From: Candidatus Obscuribacterales bacterium
GTDB taxonomy: Bacteria; Cyanobacteriota; Vampirovibrionia; Obscuribacterales; Obscuribacteraceae
NCBI GenBank assembly: GCA_965228855.1
Contig: CBDDIJ010000002.1
Coordinates: 2,272,001 to 2,336,000, forward strand
Reading direction: 5' to 3'
DNA length: 64,000 nucleotides
The notes under the pieces were generated by a model. It was not told where the DNA came from. It worked only from the letters and a program-made list of their open reading frames with translations, and did no database searches. Made by a program: the position numbers and the translations under genes. Shown one piece after another: positions 9,979 through 19,261 of the stretch (the first letter of the stretch is position 1; the number at the start of each line of letters is the position of its first letter).

Positions 9979-10812
9979 ATGACAGAAGCAGTGGCGACGA
10001 AAGACGATGTTTTGCTGGTTGAGAAAGAGGGCGCAGTCGCCTGGATAAAGCTCAACAGACCGAAAGTAATGAACTGTTTAAATCGCGAATTGCTTAAGTC
10101 GCTGATTAAAGCCTGCGAAGAAATCGCTGCCGACAAGGCCATCAGAGTGGTTGCAATTATCGGAAGCGGAAGCAAAGTTTTCTGCGCCGGTGCTGACCTG
10201 GCAGAGCGCAAAGGCATGACTGAGGGGGAAACAATTGACTATCTCGCTCTCATTCAGAGGGCGATGAGAACAGTCGAGACCCTTCCTCAACCGGTTATTG
10301 CCGCGATTAATGGTTCCGCATTTGGCGGTGGTACAGAGCTTGCGCTCTCTTGCGACCTTCGTGTAATGATGGAAGACGCTACTCTTCGCCTCACCGAAGT
10401 AAAGCTTGGTATCATCCCTGGTGCCGGAGGAACCCAGCGATTGCCGCGTCTGATTGGCAAGTCAAAGGCGAAAGAGCTTATTTTGTGTGCGACTCCAATT
10501 GGAGCAGCGGACGGCAAAACGATCGGTCTTATCCATCGCGTTGTGCAACGTCCGGAAGGGGAAGACGTCGGGGAAGGCTACTCGCAATCTCTGATAGCTG
10601 AAGTCAAAGCGTGGGCTGAGGAAATCGCGACGGCCGCTCCATTATCTTTGCGACAAGCAAAACGAGCTATCGACCAGGGTTATGACAGAGACCTGGAAGC
10701 TGGACTGGCTCTCGAAACTCGAGCATATCTGGAGTTGCTGAATACCAGCGATCGCAAAGAAGGTCTGGCTGCGTTTGCTGAAAAGAGAAAACCGAATTAC
10801 AAAGGTGAGTAA
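9979..10812 (+). CDS. Enoyl-CoA hydratase (probable methylglutaconyl-CoA hydratase)
   Basis: FCAGADL, GGGTELAL, EVKLGIIPGAGGTQRL; next to HMG-CoA lyase. Confidence 0.92.
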   Translation: MTEAVATKDDVLLVEKEGAVAWIKLNRPKVMNCLNRELLKSLIKACEEIAADKAIRVVAIIGSGSKVFCAGADLAERKGMTEGETIDYLALIQRAMRTVETLPQPVIAAINGSAFGGGTELALSCDLRVMMEDATLRLTEVKLGIIPGAGGTQRLPRLIGKSKAKELILCATPIGAADGKTIGLIHRVVQRPEGEDVGEGYSQSLIAEVKAWAEEIATAAPLSLRQAKRAIDQGYDRDLEAGLALETRAYLELLNTSDRKEGLAAFAEKRKPNYKGE

Positions 10813-10836
10813 TTCGCGAAGGCTTGAGGAGGTCTG

Positions 10837-11490
10837 TTGAATTCGCTTCCAGGAGATAGAGAACCATTGCCATTGCCTTTGACGGCAATTGTTTTGTGCG
10901 GCGGCAAATCGAAGCGTATGGGCAGGACCAAAGCTTTCCTGCCCTACGGTGGGACTACTATGATCGCTCATATCGTCGAGCAGATCGGTGAGATGTTCTC
11001 GAAGACGCTCCTGGTAAGCAACGAGCCGGATTTATATGAAGATTTTGAGCACGATGTCGTCAAAGACATCTTGCCTTATCGCGGTCCGATGGGCGGAATA
11101 CTGTCCGGACTTTTAGTTGCGGAAACAGAATACTCTTTCGTGATTGCCTGCGACATGCCGTTAGTCAGCAAAAAACTAGTGCGTGACATGACTGCAGCGC
11201 GCAACGGTTATGACGTGGTAGTCCTTTCTCATTCCTCTGGTCTGGAGCCGTTATTTGCCGTTTATTCCAAATCTTGCATAAAGCCGCTTGAGGAATCACT
11301 TTTCGCCGGTACGCTCAGCGTGCAGGATTTGATAGGCGGGCTAAAGTCCACCACCTTCAAATATGATGAGTCGAAATACGATCAAGATGTGCTGCCCCCA
11401 TATTTCAACATCAACACTCCGCAAGACTATTCGAAACTGATAACGAAAGGGAGTTCGTCGGTGCATCAATTTCCGGAAAAGCGGAAGTAA
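10837..11490 (+). CDS. mobA: Molybdenum cofactor guanylyltransferase
   Basis: LCGGKSKRMG, GPMGGI, ACDMP, NINTPQD; exact start uncertain. Confidence 0.88.
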   Translation: MNSLPGDREPLPLPLTAIVLCGGKSKRMGRTKAFLPYGGTTMIAHIVEQIGEMFSKTLLVSNEPDLYEDFEHDVVKDILPYRGPMGGILSGLLVAETEYSFVIACDMPLVSKKLVRDMTAARNGYDVVVLSHSSGLEPLFAVYSKSCIKPLEESLFAGTLSVQDLIGGLKSTTFKYDESKYDQDVLPPYFNINTPQDYSKLITKGSSSVHQFPEKRK

Positions 11491-11628
11491 GGCGCCTGCT
11501 GTGTTATCGCGGTACCACTGACCGCTTGCGCTATTTCAAGATCAATTCGAGCCGATGCTGTATAGTTTCGCTCAGAAGTTCGACATCGCTGAAACCGCTG
11601 CCAAGCGGGTTCTAAAAGGAGCAGAATC

Positions 11629-12144
11629 ATGGCTGACCTTATCGTCGTCGCTTATGACGACCAACACAAAGCCGAAGAAATGCGGCTGAAACTCTTGAAA
11701 TTACAATCCGAATATCTTCTTGAACTGGAAGACGCAGTTGTCGCCGTCAAAAAGGCAGATGGAAAAATCAAACTGCATCAAGCTGTCAATCTTCCTGCGG
11801 TGGGAGCGCTACAAGGCGGCTTCTGGGGAACATTGATCGGCTGCTTATTCTTCATGCCTTTGTTCGGCATGGCTGCAGGAGCCGCTTCGGGTGCGCTTTC
11901 CGGCGCTCTGTCCGACGTCGGTATCAATGATGACTTTATGAAACAAGTGGCCGGCAAACTGACGCCGGGAACGTCTGCGCTTTTCGTTCTTCTACGTAAA
12001 GTGACAGCAGATAAGGTTCTCGAACAGTTTGAAGGAACAGGCGGTACTGTCATTCAAACATCTCTCAGCCACGAAAAAGAAGAGAAATTGCAAGAAGCGT
12101 TGAGTGCTGCAAAGCTCGAATACAGCAAAGCACCTACCGTTTAA
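11629..12144 (+). CDS. DUF1269-family membrane protein
   Basis: LEDAVV...GKIKLHQ, GGFWGTLIG Gly-zipper, DVGINDDF, LTPGTSALF, QTSLS. Confidence 0.85.
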   Translation: MADLIVVAYDDQHKAEEMRLKLLKLQSEYLLELEDAVVAVKKADGKIKLHQAVNLPAVGALQGGFWGTLIGCLFFMPLFGMAAGAASGALSGALSDVGINDDFMKQVAGKLTPGTSALFVLLRKVTADKVLEQFEGTGGTVIQTSLSHEKEEKLQEALSAAKLEYSKAPTV

Positions 12145-12165
12145 CAACTTCATGATTGAAACAGG

Positions 12166-12198
12166 AAGCGCGCTCTTTTAGCCGGGAGTGCGCTTTTT
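12166..12198 (+). terminator. Intrinsic terminator of the DUF1269 gene
   Basis: AAGCGCGCTCT pairs with GGAGTGCGCTT (two G-U pairs), followed by a T run, just downstream of the stop. Confidence 0.7.
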
Positions 12199-13644
12199 GT
12201 ATAATCCGATTTTCAATAGCGTTATCAAATCCTGACAGTCTTCTGGTATGCCTGCGACACCGATGTCCAGCCCAACCTCATTCTTTTGAAAAGGTGGTTC
12301 CGAAAGAACTGCATGCAGTCGGTGCACAAGTCCTTGCGCCGCGCTCGGTTGAGTGTGAGGCAATATGAGAGCGTAGTCGTCTCCGTCATAATGTCCGAGT
12401 ATGTCTGCCTTGCGAACCGTGTTTTTAACAACATCAAGCGCTTGCTTCTGTGTCTGTTTTGATAACTGACCGTGATTGCCGCTAAACTTGAAGAGCACGA
12501 TGGTAAATGGCGTTTCGTAAGAATGGAATCGATAAAATTCGTGTTCCAGGAAAAACAGAAAGGCTATCTCTGAATAGATGCCTGTGTCTTTGCGAGTCAT
12601 GCTCGCGGTAAATTTTTCAAGGGCGGCTAGGTCGATTGTAAGATCAGAGTTGCTTTGTTCCTGCGGCTTCTGCAGCGTCGGTTCTTCAGGAGTCGCTCTG
12701 CTGTCCAGCGAACAAATACCGGAAGAAACAAGATTGAAAATCAGCGGCGTCCAGGTGGATCGGCTCAATGCGCACTGTTGCAACAATTCAGAAAATGCTG
12801 TTTTGTTATCGACGGCCTGATACATTCGCTTCTGCAAATTCATATCAACTGGAACCAGCCTGGCTAGCTTCTCTTCGAATTCGCGCTCAGTTAGATTGGG
12901 ATTGGTGCGCATCAAACAGGAATCTGGTCTCAACCCCTGACGATCTAAATACTTCGTGTGATCGCTCAAGGCCGCCGCTTTAAGCATGAGCCCTTCTGTA
13001 TGCGAATTGATTGTTTTTCTCGGAGCTTTATCCGCGTCGAAAAATTTGAACTCTCCGGAGACGCTACTCAACGTCAGCTCGAGAAACGCCTCTTCACCTT
13101 CCTGCTCGTTGTGTTTCGCACTTACAAGCACGCCGGACTCAAAGAATAAATCAGACTTGTCTGTTGAAGAGTGTACGGACAAGCGACCGGTGAGGCGGCT
13201 GGACTGAATAGACGTCAATAGCGACGGAAGGGGCATTTCGTTCAGGCTGCCTTCAAGTACTCCAGTCACAACTTTTCGCGGCGCCTGAGGCTCGACCGGC
13301 GTAGTATTCGATGGTGTTGGAGGGAAAGCAGCCAGGATAAGGCTGTGGATCATGACAACGTCTGAGCTTTCGTAGGTCCACTCGAGTTTTGACGATTGAT
13401 CGTCGCCCCGGTAAAAGGACCATTGATGGCTCTGCTCGTTGTTTCTGCGCTCGAGTTTGGCGGTCAGCACGTAAGGTTGCCTGTTCTCAGTCCATGGTAA
13501 TTCGATCAGATTCCCTGGTTGTTTCGCTGCTTCTGCGTAAAGGTATTCGAGATCCGGCAAATTAGGGGTGCGCGACTGCTCCGGCAAACGATGCCGTCGC
13601 TGAGCCGGCGTCATGCCGCGCTTAATCATGTCTTGCTTTCTCAC
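12178..13644 (-). CDS. DUF4388 (PATAN-like) domain protein with degenerate GGDEF domain
   Basis: LEGSLNEMPLPSLL...TGRLSV...FFESGVLVSA...GEEAF...GEFKF; C-terminal DTGIYS...RKADILGHYDGDDYALILP. Confidence 0.8.
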   Translation of the reverse strand: MRKQDMIKRGMTPAQRRHRLPEQSRTPNLPDLEYLYAEAAKQPGNLIELPWTENRQPYVLTAKLERRNNEQSHQWSFYRGDDQSSKLEWTYESSDVVMIHSLILAAFPPTPSNTTPVEPQAPRKVVTGVLEGSLNEMPLPSLLTSIQSSRLTGRLSVHSSTDKSDLFFESGVLVSAKHNEQEGEEAFLELTLSSVSGEFKFFDADKAPRKTINSHTEGLMLKAAALSDHTKYLDRQGLRPDSCLMRTNPNLTEREFEEKLARLVPVDMNLQKRMYQAVDNKTAFSELLQQCALSRSTWTPLIFNLVSSGICSLDSRATPEEPTLQKPQEQSNSDLTIDLAALEKFTASMTRKDTGIYSEIAFLFFLEHEFYRFHSYETPFTIVLFKFSGNHGQLSKQTQKQALDVVKNTVRKADILGHYDGDDYALILPHTQPSAAQGLVHRLHAVLSEPPFQKNEVGLDIGVAGIPEDCQDLITLLKIGLYKKRTPG

Positions 13645-13763
13645 CCGCCATAACAGCCCCTGTCAGCGGAGGACGCCATTAAAATTCTAGCACCCGCGCG
13701 CTTGGCTAGGGGGAAATCGGACGCTGAAATCAGAGCCGAAACGCACTGGCGACTGAAACAAAA

Positions 13764-14672
13764 CTAGCGGATTGGCTCGAGTCGAACGGTGGTTTGCTCG
13801 CCGTCTTCTTCCAAGACAGCTTTGTCTTGCTCGACATCGACGAGCCTGACATTGTCGAAAACCTGACCTTGCGCGAGGGTGATGTATCTTCTGTAGCCGT
13901 TGCGGCGCTGATAACTGCGGTCTTTGAACGCAAGTATCACATGATCGCCGACAATGCCATTTAACTTCAACTTTCGCATAAGAAGAGGTTTCTCAGGTGG
14001 TGGAGGCAATTCATCCGATGTAATTCCCGGAGGCGGGTTCAGCTGCGCCGTGACATCTGGTGGCGGCGGTGGTGGCAAATCCGCTGCCGGTGGAGGAAGA
14101 CCTTCCGGACCATGTCCAAGCATCTTGGAATTTTTTCCGGTTTCGCTGAGCGAGTGAGATGCGTTCGGACGCTCTCTGGGAAAGTTACGCGATGGCGTGA
14201 TGTCTCCAAACGGGTCGGCTCGGCCGGCGTCTTGTCTGGCAATATTTGTGGCCGCGTCTCGCGGCGTGGCCTCGATAACGCTCACTGGCATGGACTGTAA
14301 GTATGTTATTCGTTCTTGCGTGTCGTCCGCGTTTACCGTGTTTTTGGCTGAGCTTGACGGCATCAGGCTTTTAAACGATTGAAGTGTTGAGTTCATATGC
14401 TCGCCCAGCTTTTCAGTGAAAGCAGCGGCTCCGCCAGTCAGTGAAGTTGTAGTGCGCGTAGTCTGGGTCGCGGTGCCCGAATTATTCAGTGTCGAATAGG
14501 TTTCGGTTCTAGATTGTTCTTCGATGGGCTTTCGCTTCGCTCGGAGTGCCTCTAGCTGTTTTTCATAAGCGCCGGAATCGTCGGTGGCCTGCTCAGGTGT
14601 CTTCGTAAGCAAATACGTTATCGCGATTGCGACAAATCCTACGAGAATAATAACCTTCAGCCGGGTAGTCAT
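13764..14672 (-). CDS. PilP/GspC-like type IV pilus assembly protein (TM-anchored)
   Basis: N-terminal TM, GRADPF motif, poly-Pro linker, C-terminal LKLNGIV...GQVFDNVRLVDV beta domain; follows pilO. Confidence 0.6.
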   Translation of the reverse strand: MTTRLKVIILVGFVAIAITYLLTKTPEQATDDSGAYEKQLEALRAKRKPIEEQSRTETYSTLNNSGTATQTTRTTTSLTGGAAAFTEKLGEHMNSTLQSFKSLMPSSSAKNTVNADDTQERITYLQSMPVSVIEATPRDAATNIARQDAGRADPFGDITPSRNFPRERPNASHSLSETGKNSKMLGHGPEGLPPPAADLPPPPPPDVTAQLNPPPGITSDELPPPPEKPLLMRKLKLNGIVGDHVILAFKDRSYQRRNGYRRYITLAQGQVFDNVRLVDVEQDKAVLEEDGEQTTVRLEPIR

Positions 14673-14728
14673 TTAGTTTTAACTCGATCCCTCTCCAATA
14701 ATTATTGCAAAAAACGCCTTGCGCCGTC

Positions 14729-15451
14729 TCAAGGCAAGTAATAGATGCTCATCAAAAAGGTCATTACTGGCTGGTTTAGCTCAAGGTTGCGACCCTTCTC
14801 GCTTGCCATTGTCTTTAACATCTCGCGTTCGTTGCTTTCCGGCATTGCGACATTTAGGTTTCGAATTCCGACGATTCTCTGATACGCCTCAAGATGTTTC
14901 AAAAAGGTCATGAGTTCTGCATAGCTGCCGGAGACATAGACGCGGCGCTCGATGTGCTTGATGCCTAATATGTTTTGATCGGCAGGTTCTTCTTGCTTTT
15001 TGACTGCAGGTTGTTGCGGCTTCGCCTGAGTAGTTGGTTTGTTCGCAGGTGGAGTCAGTTTGCCACCAACCTCGGCGATGATTGAATCCATGAGGTTTTC
15101 GCCCTTCCCTTTTTTATCGTCGGTTGCAGGCTCGATTGCAATCAGGTCGGTTCCTGATTCGCTGCTCAGCCGTTCCATATCGATAAGCAAAATATCCATA
15201 TCTGGTTTGGTTGGAACCGCTGCACGCATGCGTTGAATATCTCTGTCCAGTTCGTTTTTCTGTCTGATTAACGCTTCCTTCTCTCGAACCTTTTGTTCCA
15301 AACGATTGAACTCAATCGTCAGTGTTTGCAGTTCGTTCTGCGAGCGAGAGCTCATATCCCAAGCCGGCTGAACATAGATGGTGAGCAGAAACAGCGTGAG
15401 CACATATGGAAGAGTGCAAATGATAATCTGCATGGAGCGGCTCAAAATCAT
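14729..15451 (-). CDS. pilO: Type IV pilus assembly protein PilO
   Basis: TM + coiled coil + AVP...LLIDMERLS and VSGSYAELMTFLKHLEAYQRIV; ATGA overlap with pilMN. Confidence 0.85.
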   Translation of the reverse strand: MILSRSMQIIICTLPYVLTLFLLTIYVQPAWDMSSRSQNELQTLTIEFNRLEQKVREKEALIRQKNELDRDIQRMRAAVPTKPDMDILLIDMERLSSESGTDLIAIEPATDDKKGKGENLMDSIIAEVGGKLTPPANKPTTQAKPQQPAVKKQEEPADQNILGIKHIERRVYVSGSYAELMTFLKHLEAYQRIVGIRNLNVAMPESNEREMLKTMASEKGRNLELNQPVMTFLMSIYYLP

Positions 15452-17244
15452 TGTCTTGCCTCCCCATCCTTGAGAAGCAGTCCTATTGATGGTGTCGTAT
15501 TCGGTGTCGCATGGCTGGATGACGGTCCTGTTTTCGGGAGCGTTACGGCATTCAATTTTGCCGTGAGTCCGAAGGAAACATACTGCGGCGTCTTGTCTTT
15601 TCTACTTGCATAGTCGATGCTGGATTCTCTTATTAATGGTGAACTCTGGAGATTCAAGTTCAAATTCGAAACAGACGTAAAGTCGGTTGCCACTCCCTCA
15701 ATCTGAAAATCTTGCACGCCAAAAACTACGTGATCGATCTGCACGCCCTTCGGCGTATTCAATTGCAGCGCGTCCATGTATGAGGACCAGCGTCTTCCCT
15801 TGGAGACCAGGTAATTAAGCACCTTCTGACGCATTTTGAGAGAACTGTTTCGCTCCTTCAACTGATTGACCTGTTCTAAATCTTTTTTCGCCTGGGCTAT
15901 CTTTTCTTCGGTCGTCACCAGCTCTTGCTGTTTTGCTGGAACATCGAACATGGTTAGATAAGCGAGTGCAGCAGAAACCAGGAGCAGAGAGCAGACTCCT
16001 CCGAGCAGTGTCGGTTTGAACCAGTTGAGCGTCGGCTGTCGGTCCTCTATTTTTTGAGTGGCGCGCTCGTCGAAGAATAGTGGTAACCGTCCCTCTCGGT
16101 TTAGATCAAGGTCTACTGTGAAACTAGGGTTCCATGCCGGTTCCAGAGAACTGCCTACGCATGAAGCGAGAATCGGACGCATGCGTTCGACCACGAGCCC
16201 CTGGTCGAAAGTCATATCGCGCATGGCGTCACCAAATATGGTTCTAAAGCCCATTCGGCTTCCGATGTATTGATCGAGATTGGGGATCATGCAACCTGGA
16301 CCGGTGAGAATTATTTGGTCCAGTTTTATCTCCCCGACCTGAGATTGATAAAACTCGAGCGAGCGCTCCAGCTCATCTGTTATATCGCTGAATATTGTTC
16401 TGGCGACCTGAGCGGCTTGACCCATGCGTTGATCTTTAGGTGTCATACCGAACAGGGGAATCTCTGGTAAAAGCGATAATGCGGTCTCGAAATCGACGTC
16501 CAGGCTTCGCGAAATCGCCTCTGTTAGTGTTTCCATCCCGATGATCACGGAGCGACCAAACAGCGGCATTGCGCTTCGAACCACATTAATGTCGGTCGCG
16601 TCCTGGCGAACATTGACTACCATTGACATCTGTCCGGAGCCGCCGAGGTATCCGGCCAGAGCTAATCCTCTTATTGATGCAAGTGAAGAAACTTCGATCT
16701 TGCCCAGTTGAACACCACAAGAGTCGGTTGCGCGCCAGCAAGTTTCCACGATCGAACGCTGCACCGCAGCTAGTATCACGTCAACCCGCCGGACCCCATC
16801 CGCGTCAGTTCTTTCTGTCGCCGGCATCAGAGACCAGTCGAGGTTCGCATCTGAGATCGGGAAAGGAACGTGATTGGTCGCTTCTTGCGTGACCACTTCG
16901 GCAAGTTCATCTGCCGGCATACCGGTGGGAACCGGCATAAGTCTGATTACAACTGCCTGAGCAGGAATCGTCATATTCAATACAGGAGACGGGCCGGTTG
17001 GCGGAATGCCTGCATGTAGCATCAATTCGCTAATGACACTACCAATGGCAGCAGGGTCAGCGATTAAACCTTCGCGAACAGTGTTTGCCGGGGTCGGTAA
17101 ACTCGCGAATCGAGTCATCTCGACCCCAATGCGAGTTTTGTCCAGTTGGATGAGCGTTATGGAGTCGCTATTGATATCGATCCCGATGGTGGGACCTTTC
17201 TTCTTTCCGATACCAAAGCCGAACATCTTGCCCGCGCTGAACAT
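15448..17244 (-). CDS. pilM: Fused PilM-PilN type IV pilus assembly protein
   Basis: IGIDINSDSI...EATNHVPFP...IILTGPG (actin-like PilM), then TM, coiled coil and WSSYMDALQLNTPKGVQI...IEGVA (PilN), all in one open frame. Confidence 0.88.
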   Translation of the reverse strand: MFSAGKMFGFGIGKKKGPTIGIDINSDSITLIQLDKTRIGVEMTRFASLPTPANTVREGLIADPAAIGSVISELMLHAGIPPTGPSPVLNMTIPAQAVVIRLMPVPTGMPADELAEVVTQEATNHVPFPISDANLDWSLMPATERTDADGVRRVDVILAAVQRSIVETCWRATDSCGVQLGKIEVSSLASIRGLALAGYLGGSGQMSMVVNVRQDATDINVVRSAMPLFGRSVIIGMETLTEAISRSLDVDFETALSLLPEIPLFGMTPKDQRMGQAAQVARTIFSDITDELERSLEFYQSQVGEIKLDQIILTGPGCMIPNLDQYIGSRMGFRTIFGDAMRDMTFDQGLVVERMRPILASCVGSSLEPAWNPSFTVDLDLNREGRLPLFFDERATQKIEDRQPTLNWFKPTLLGGVCSLLLVSAALAYLTMFDVPAKQQELVTTEEKIAQAKKDLEQVNQLKERNSSLKMRQKVLNYLVSKGRRWSSYMDALQLNTPKGVQIDHVVFGVQDFQIEGVATDFTSVSNLNLNLQSSPLIRESSIDYASRKDKTPQYVSFGLTAKLNAVTLPKTGPSSSHATPNTTPSIGLLLKDGEARQ

Positions 17245-17303
17245 CTAACTTCCGCCATTTCGATTGCGCAATTCTTGCATCCAACCAAGAACAATGTTTG
17301 AAA

Positions 17304-18461
17304 CTACAGCCATCCCCCTAAGTAAGATATGCCCCCAGTGACTCCAGAGTACCAGGTATCCGAAGGGACAAGAATTGCAAGCAGTCCGCCGATTGCGAGC
17401 GAGGGACCGAAAGGAAAGTGGTTGTCGAATCTACTGCCCGACATTACCGCCCCAAACAGTCCGCCCGCTATTCCACTGAGAGAGGCCAAAATCAGCAACT
17501 GTGGTGTCATAAACATCTCTGGATTTTGGGTCATGTAGCCCAACAATACAAGTGGTATCGCGAGTAGCGCTGCGCCGATAATAAAACCTTTGATGGCGGG
17601 GCCTTTGGCATTTTTCAGAACATCGCGCCGATGCATGTCTCGCAACAGGTACCCGGCGCCCATCACAGCTCCGACCAGAAATGCAAGTACGACTGCCATG
17701 GCCATTTTTTCCCAGCCGAGCCAACAGGCTATCACCGCCGATAATACCGCGTCTCCGCCACCCATCACCATTCCTTCGTCTGGATCATAGTAAGCTTCTT
17801 TCAAATCATACGTCGGGTCCGTCACCCAGGGCGACGCTCCCTCTGTGGGATCATCCTGTTGTTCCCCTCTCAGAAAACTGACGAAAATCCGACCGTAGAA
17901 ATCCATAAAATCAAAGAGAATGTAGCTAATTCCAGCACCGATCAAGGCGCCACCAGGATTGCCGTGTGCCAGAGAGTAATATCCAAGTCCGAATATGATC
18001 GATGGATACGTTATTTCATGTGGAATGAGATGTTCTCGAAAGTCAGTGACAGTAACGGTTATCAGCGTTGCCGCGAATAGGCACATAGCGATGCCTTCCA
18101 TCGTGTAACCGAACTTCCATAGCATTGCAGCAAAGGTTAGACCGGTCGCAAACTCAACCAGTGGATACTGCCAACTGAATTTCTCTTTGCAGTTACGACA
18201 CTTTCCACCCAGCAGGAAGTAGGAAACAATCGGAATCATGTCGAAAAACTGGAGCGGTTTCTCACAATTCAAACAATGAGAGCCGGGAAACAGCCACGAT
18301 TTCTGGAGCAGCGAGCGCAGTGCCACCACATTTAGAAAACTTCCGACGCAGGCCCCAACAACAAATGCGATCGCCATACGAATCGCAAAATCGGTGCCTT
18401 CCGCGGGCAGATACGCCGCTAGAAAATCCCGTCCGAGCAAGTCTGCGTAATCCAATCCCAC
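17304..18461 (-). CDS. pilD: Prepilin peptidase/N-methyltransferase
   Basis: GSFLNVV, CxxC...CxxC, IPIVSY, catalytic D in TDFREH and MGGGD, C-terminal FPFGPSL. Confidence 0.93.
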   Translation of the reverse strand: MGLDYADLLGRDFLAAYLPAEGTDFAIRMAIAFVVGACVGSFLNVVALRSLLQKSWLFPGSHCLNCEKPLQFFDMIPIVSYFLLGGKCRNCKEKFSWQYPLVEFATGLTFAAMLWKFGYTMEGIAMCLFAATLITVTVTDFREHLIPHEITYPSIIFGLGYYSLAHGNPGGALIGAGISYILFDFMDFYGRIFVSFLRGEQQDDPTEGASPWVTDPTYDLKEAYYDPDEGMVMGGGDAVLSAVIACWLGWEKMAMAVVLAFLVGAVMGAGYLLRDMHRRDVLKNAKGPAIKGFIIGAALLAIPLVLLGYMTQNPEMFMTPQLLILASLSGIAGGLFGAVMSGSRFDNHFPFGPSLAIGGLLAILVPSDTWYSGVTGGISYLGGWL

Positions 18462-19259
18462 TTACGGAAACTCCCGTCTCTCGTTGACTATGGAGGCGAG
18501 TCCGAGCAGGAAAAAAATATAGGCAAATACATACGCCAGCATGTAGATAATAATTTCCTGCGATGGTTCCCTACCGTACATTAGCACGGAGCGGATCCTC
18601 GTCAACTGAGCCAGATCCGGTAAACACCAATAAAGCGATGATAGCAGCTGCTGAACAGCAGCGTTAGTAGACATCTTGCTCAAATCGAGAAGCGAGCCCC
18701 CGAGATGACCGATAAACCACAGCGAGATCGTGAATACGACACTCATAATCGGGTTGGAAAATGTAGAGAAAAAGGTTGCGAGTGCCAACACAAAAAGTAA
18801 TTCGAGGAAAACGAGTCCCAGCGATGCTCCTAACAGCGGTACTTGAGCGACCTGGTGCGACGGCTCTACCATCCAGAGCAAGCCCAGAAGGAACAGGCCC
18901 ATTGCGAGAACGACCACGAAAATACATCCGACCAATCCAAGATATTTTCCGCAGATAAACTGCCAGCTTGATACCGGTTTCGTGAAAATGACGTAGATCG
19001 TTCGGCGCTCAAGTTCTTTGTATACGAGATTGGTGCCGGCGAAAACTGAAATGATGCCGCCGATGATGGCAATCACCGCAAGTCCAATGTCTTCGATTAT
19101 CCGAATATCTTGACCGACAGAAAGAGAGCCGAGCAATATGCCAAGGACGGTTATCGAACAGGCGAATACGAAGAATGCGTAGAGGACCCGGTCTCGGACG
19201 GTCTCTCTGAACGTATTCAGGGCGATGGCAAAAACTGGATTCATCACCGATGATACCAC
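18462..19259 (-). CDS. ABC transporter permease (PilI-like by context)
   Basis: IALNTFRETVRDR, KELERRTIYVIFTKPV...GKYLG, several TM segments, FERRE-like end. Confidence 0.85.
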   Translation of the reverse strand: MVSSVMNPVFAIALNTFRETVRDRVLYAFFVFACSITVLGILLGSLSVGQDIRIIEDIGLAVIAIIGGIISVFAGTNLVYKELERRTIYVIFTKPVSSWQFICGKYLGLVGCIFVVVLAMGLFLLGLLWMVEPSHQVAQVPLLGASLGLVFLELLFVLALATFFSTFSNPIMSVVFTISLWFIGHLGGSLLDLSKMSTNAAVQQLLSSLYWCLPDLAQLTRIRSVLMYGREPSQEIIIYMLAYVFAYIFFLLGLASIVNERREFP

Positions 19260-19261
19260 TG

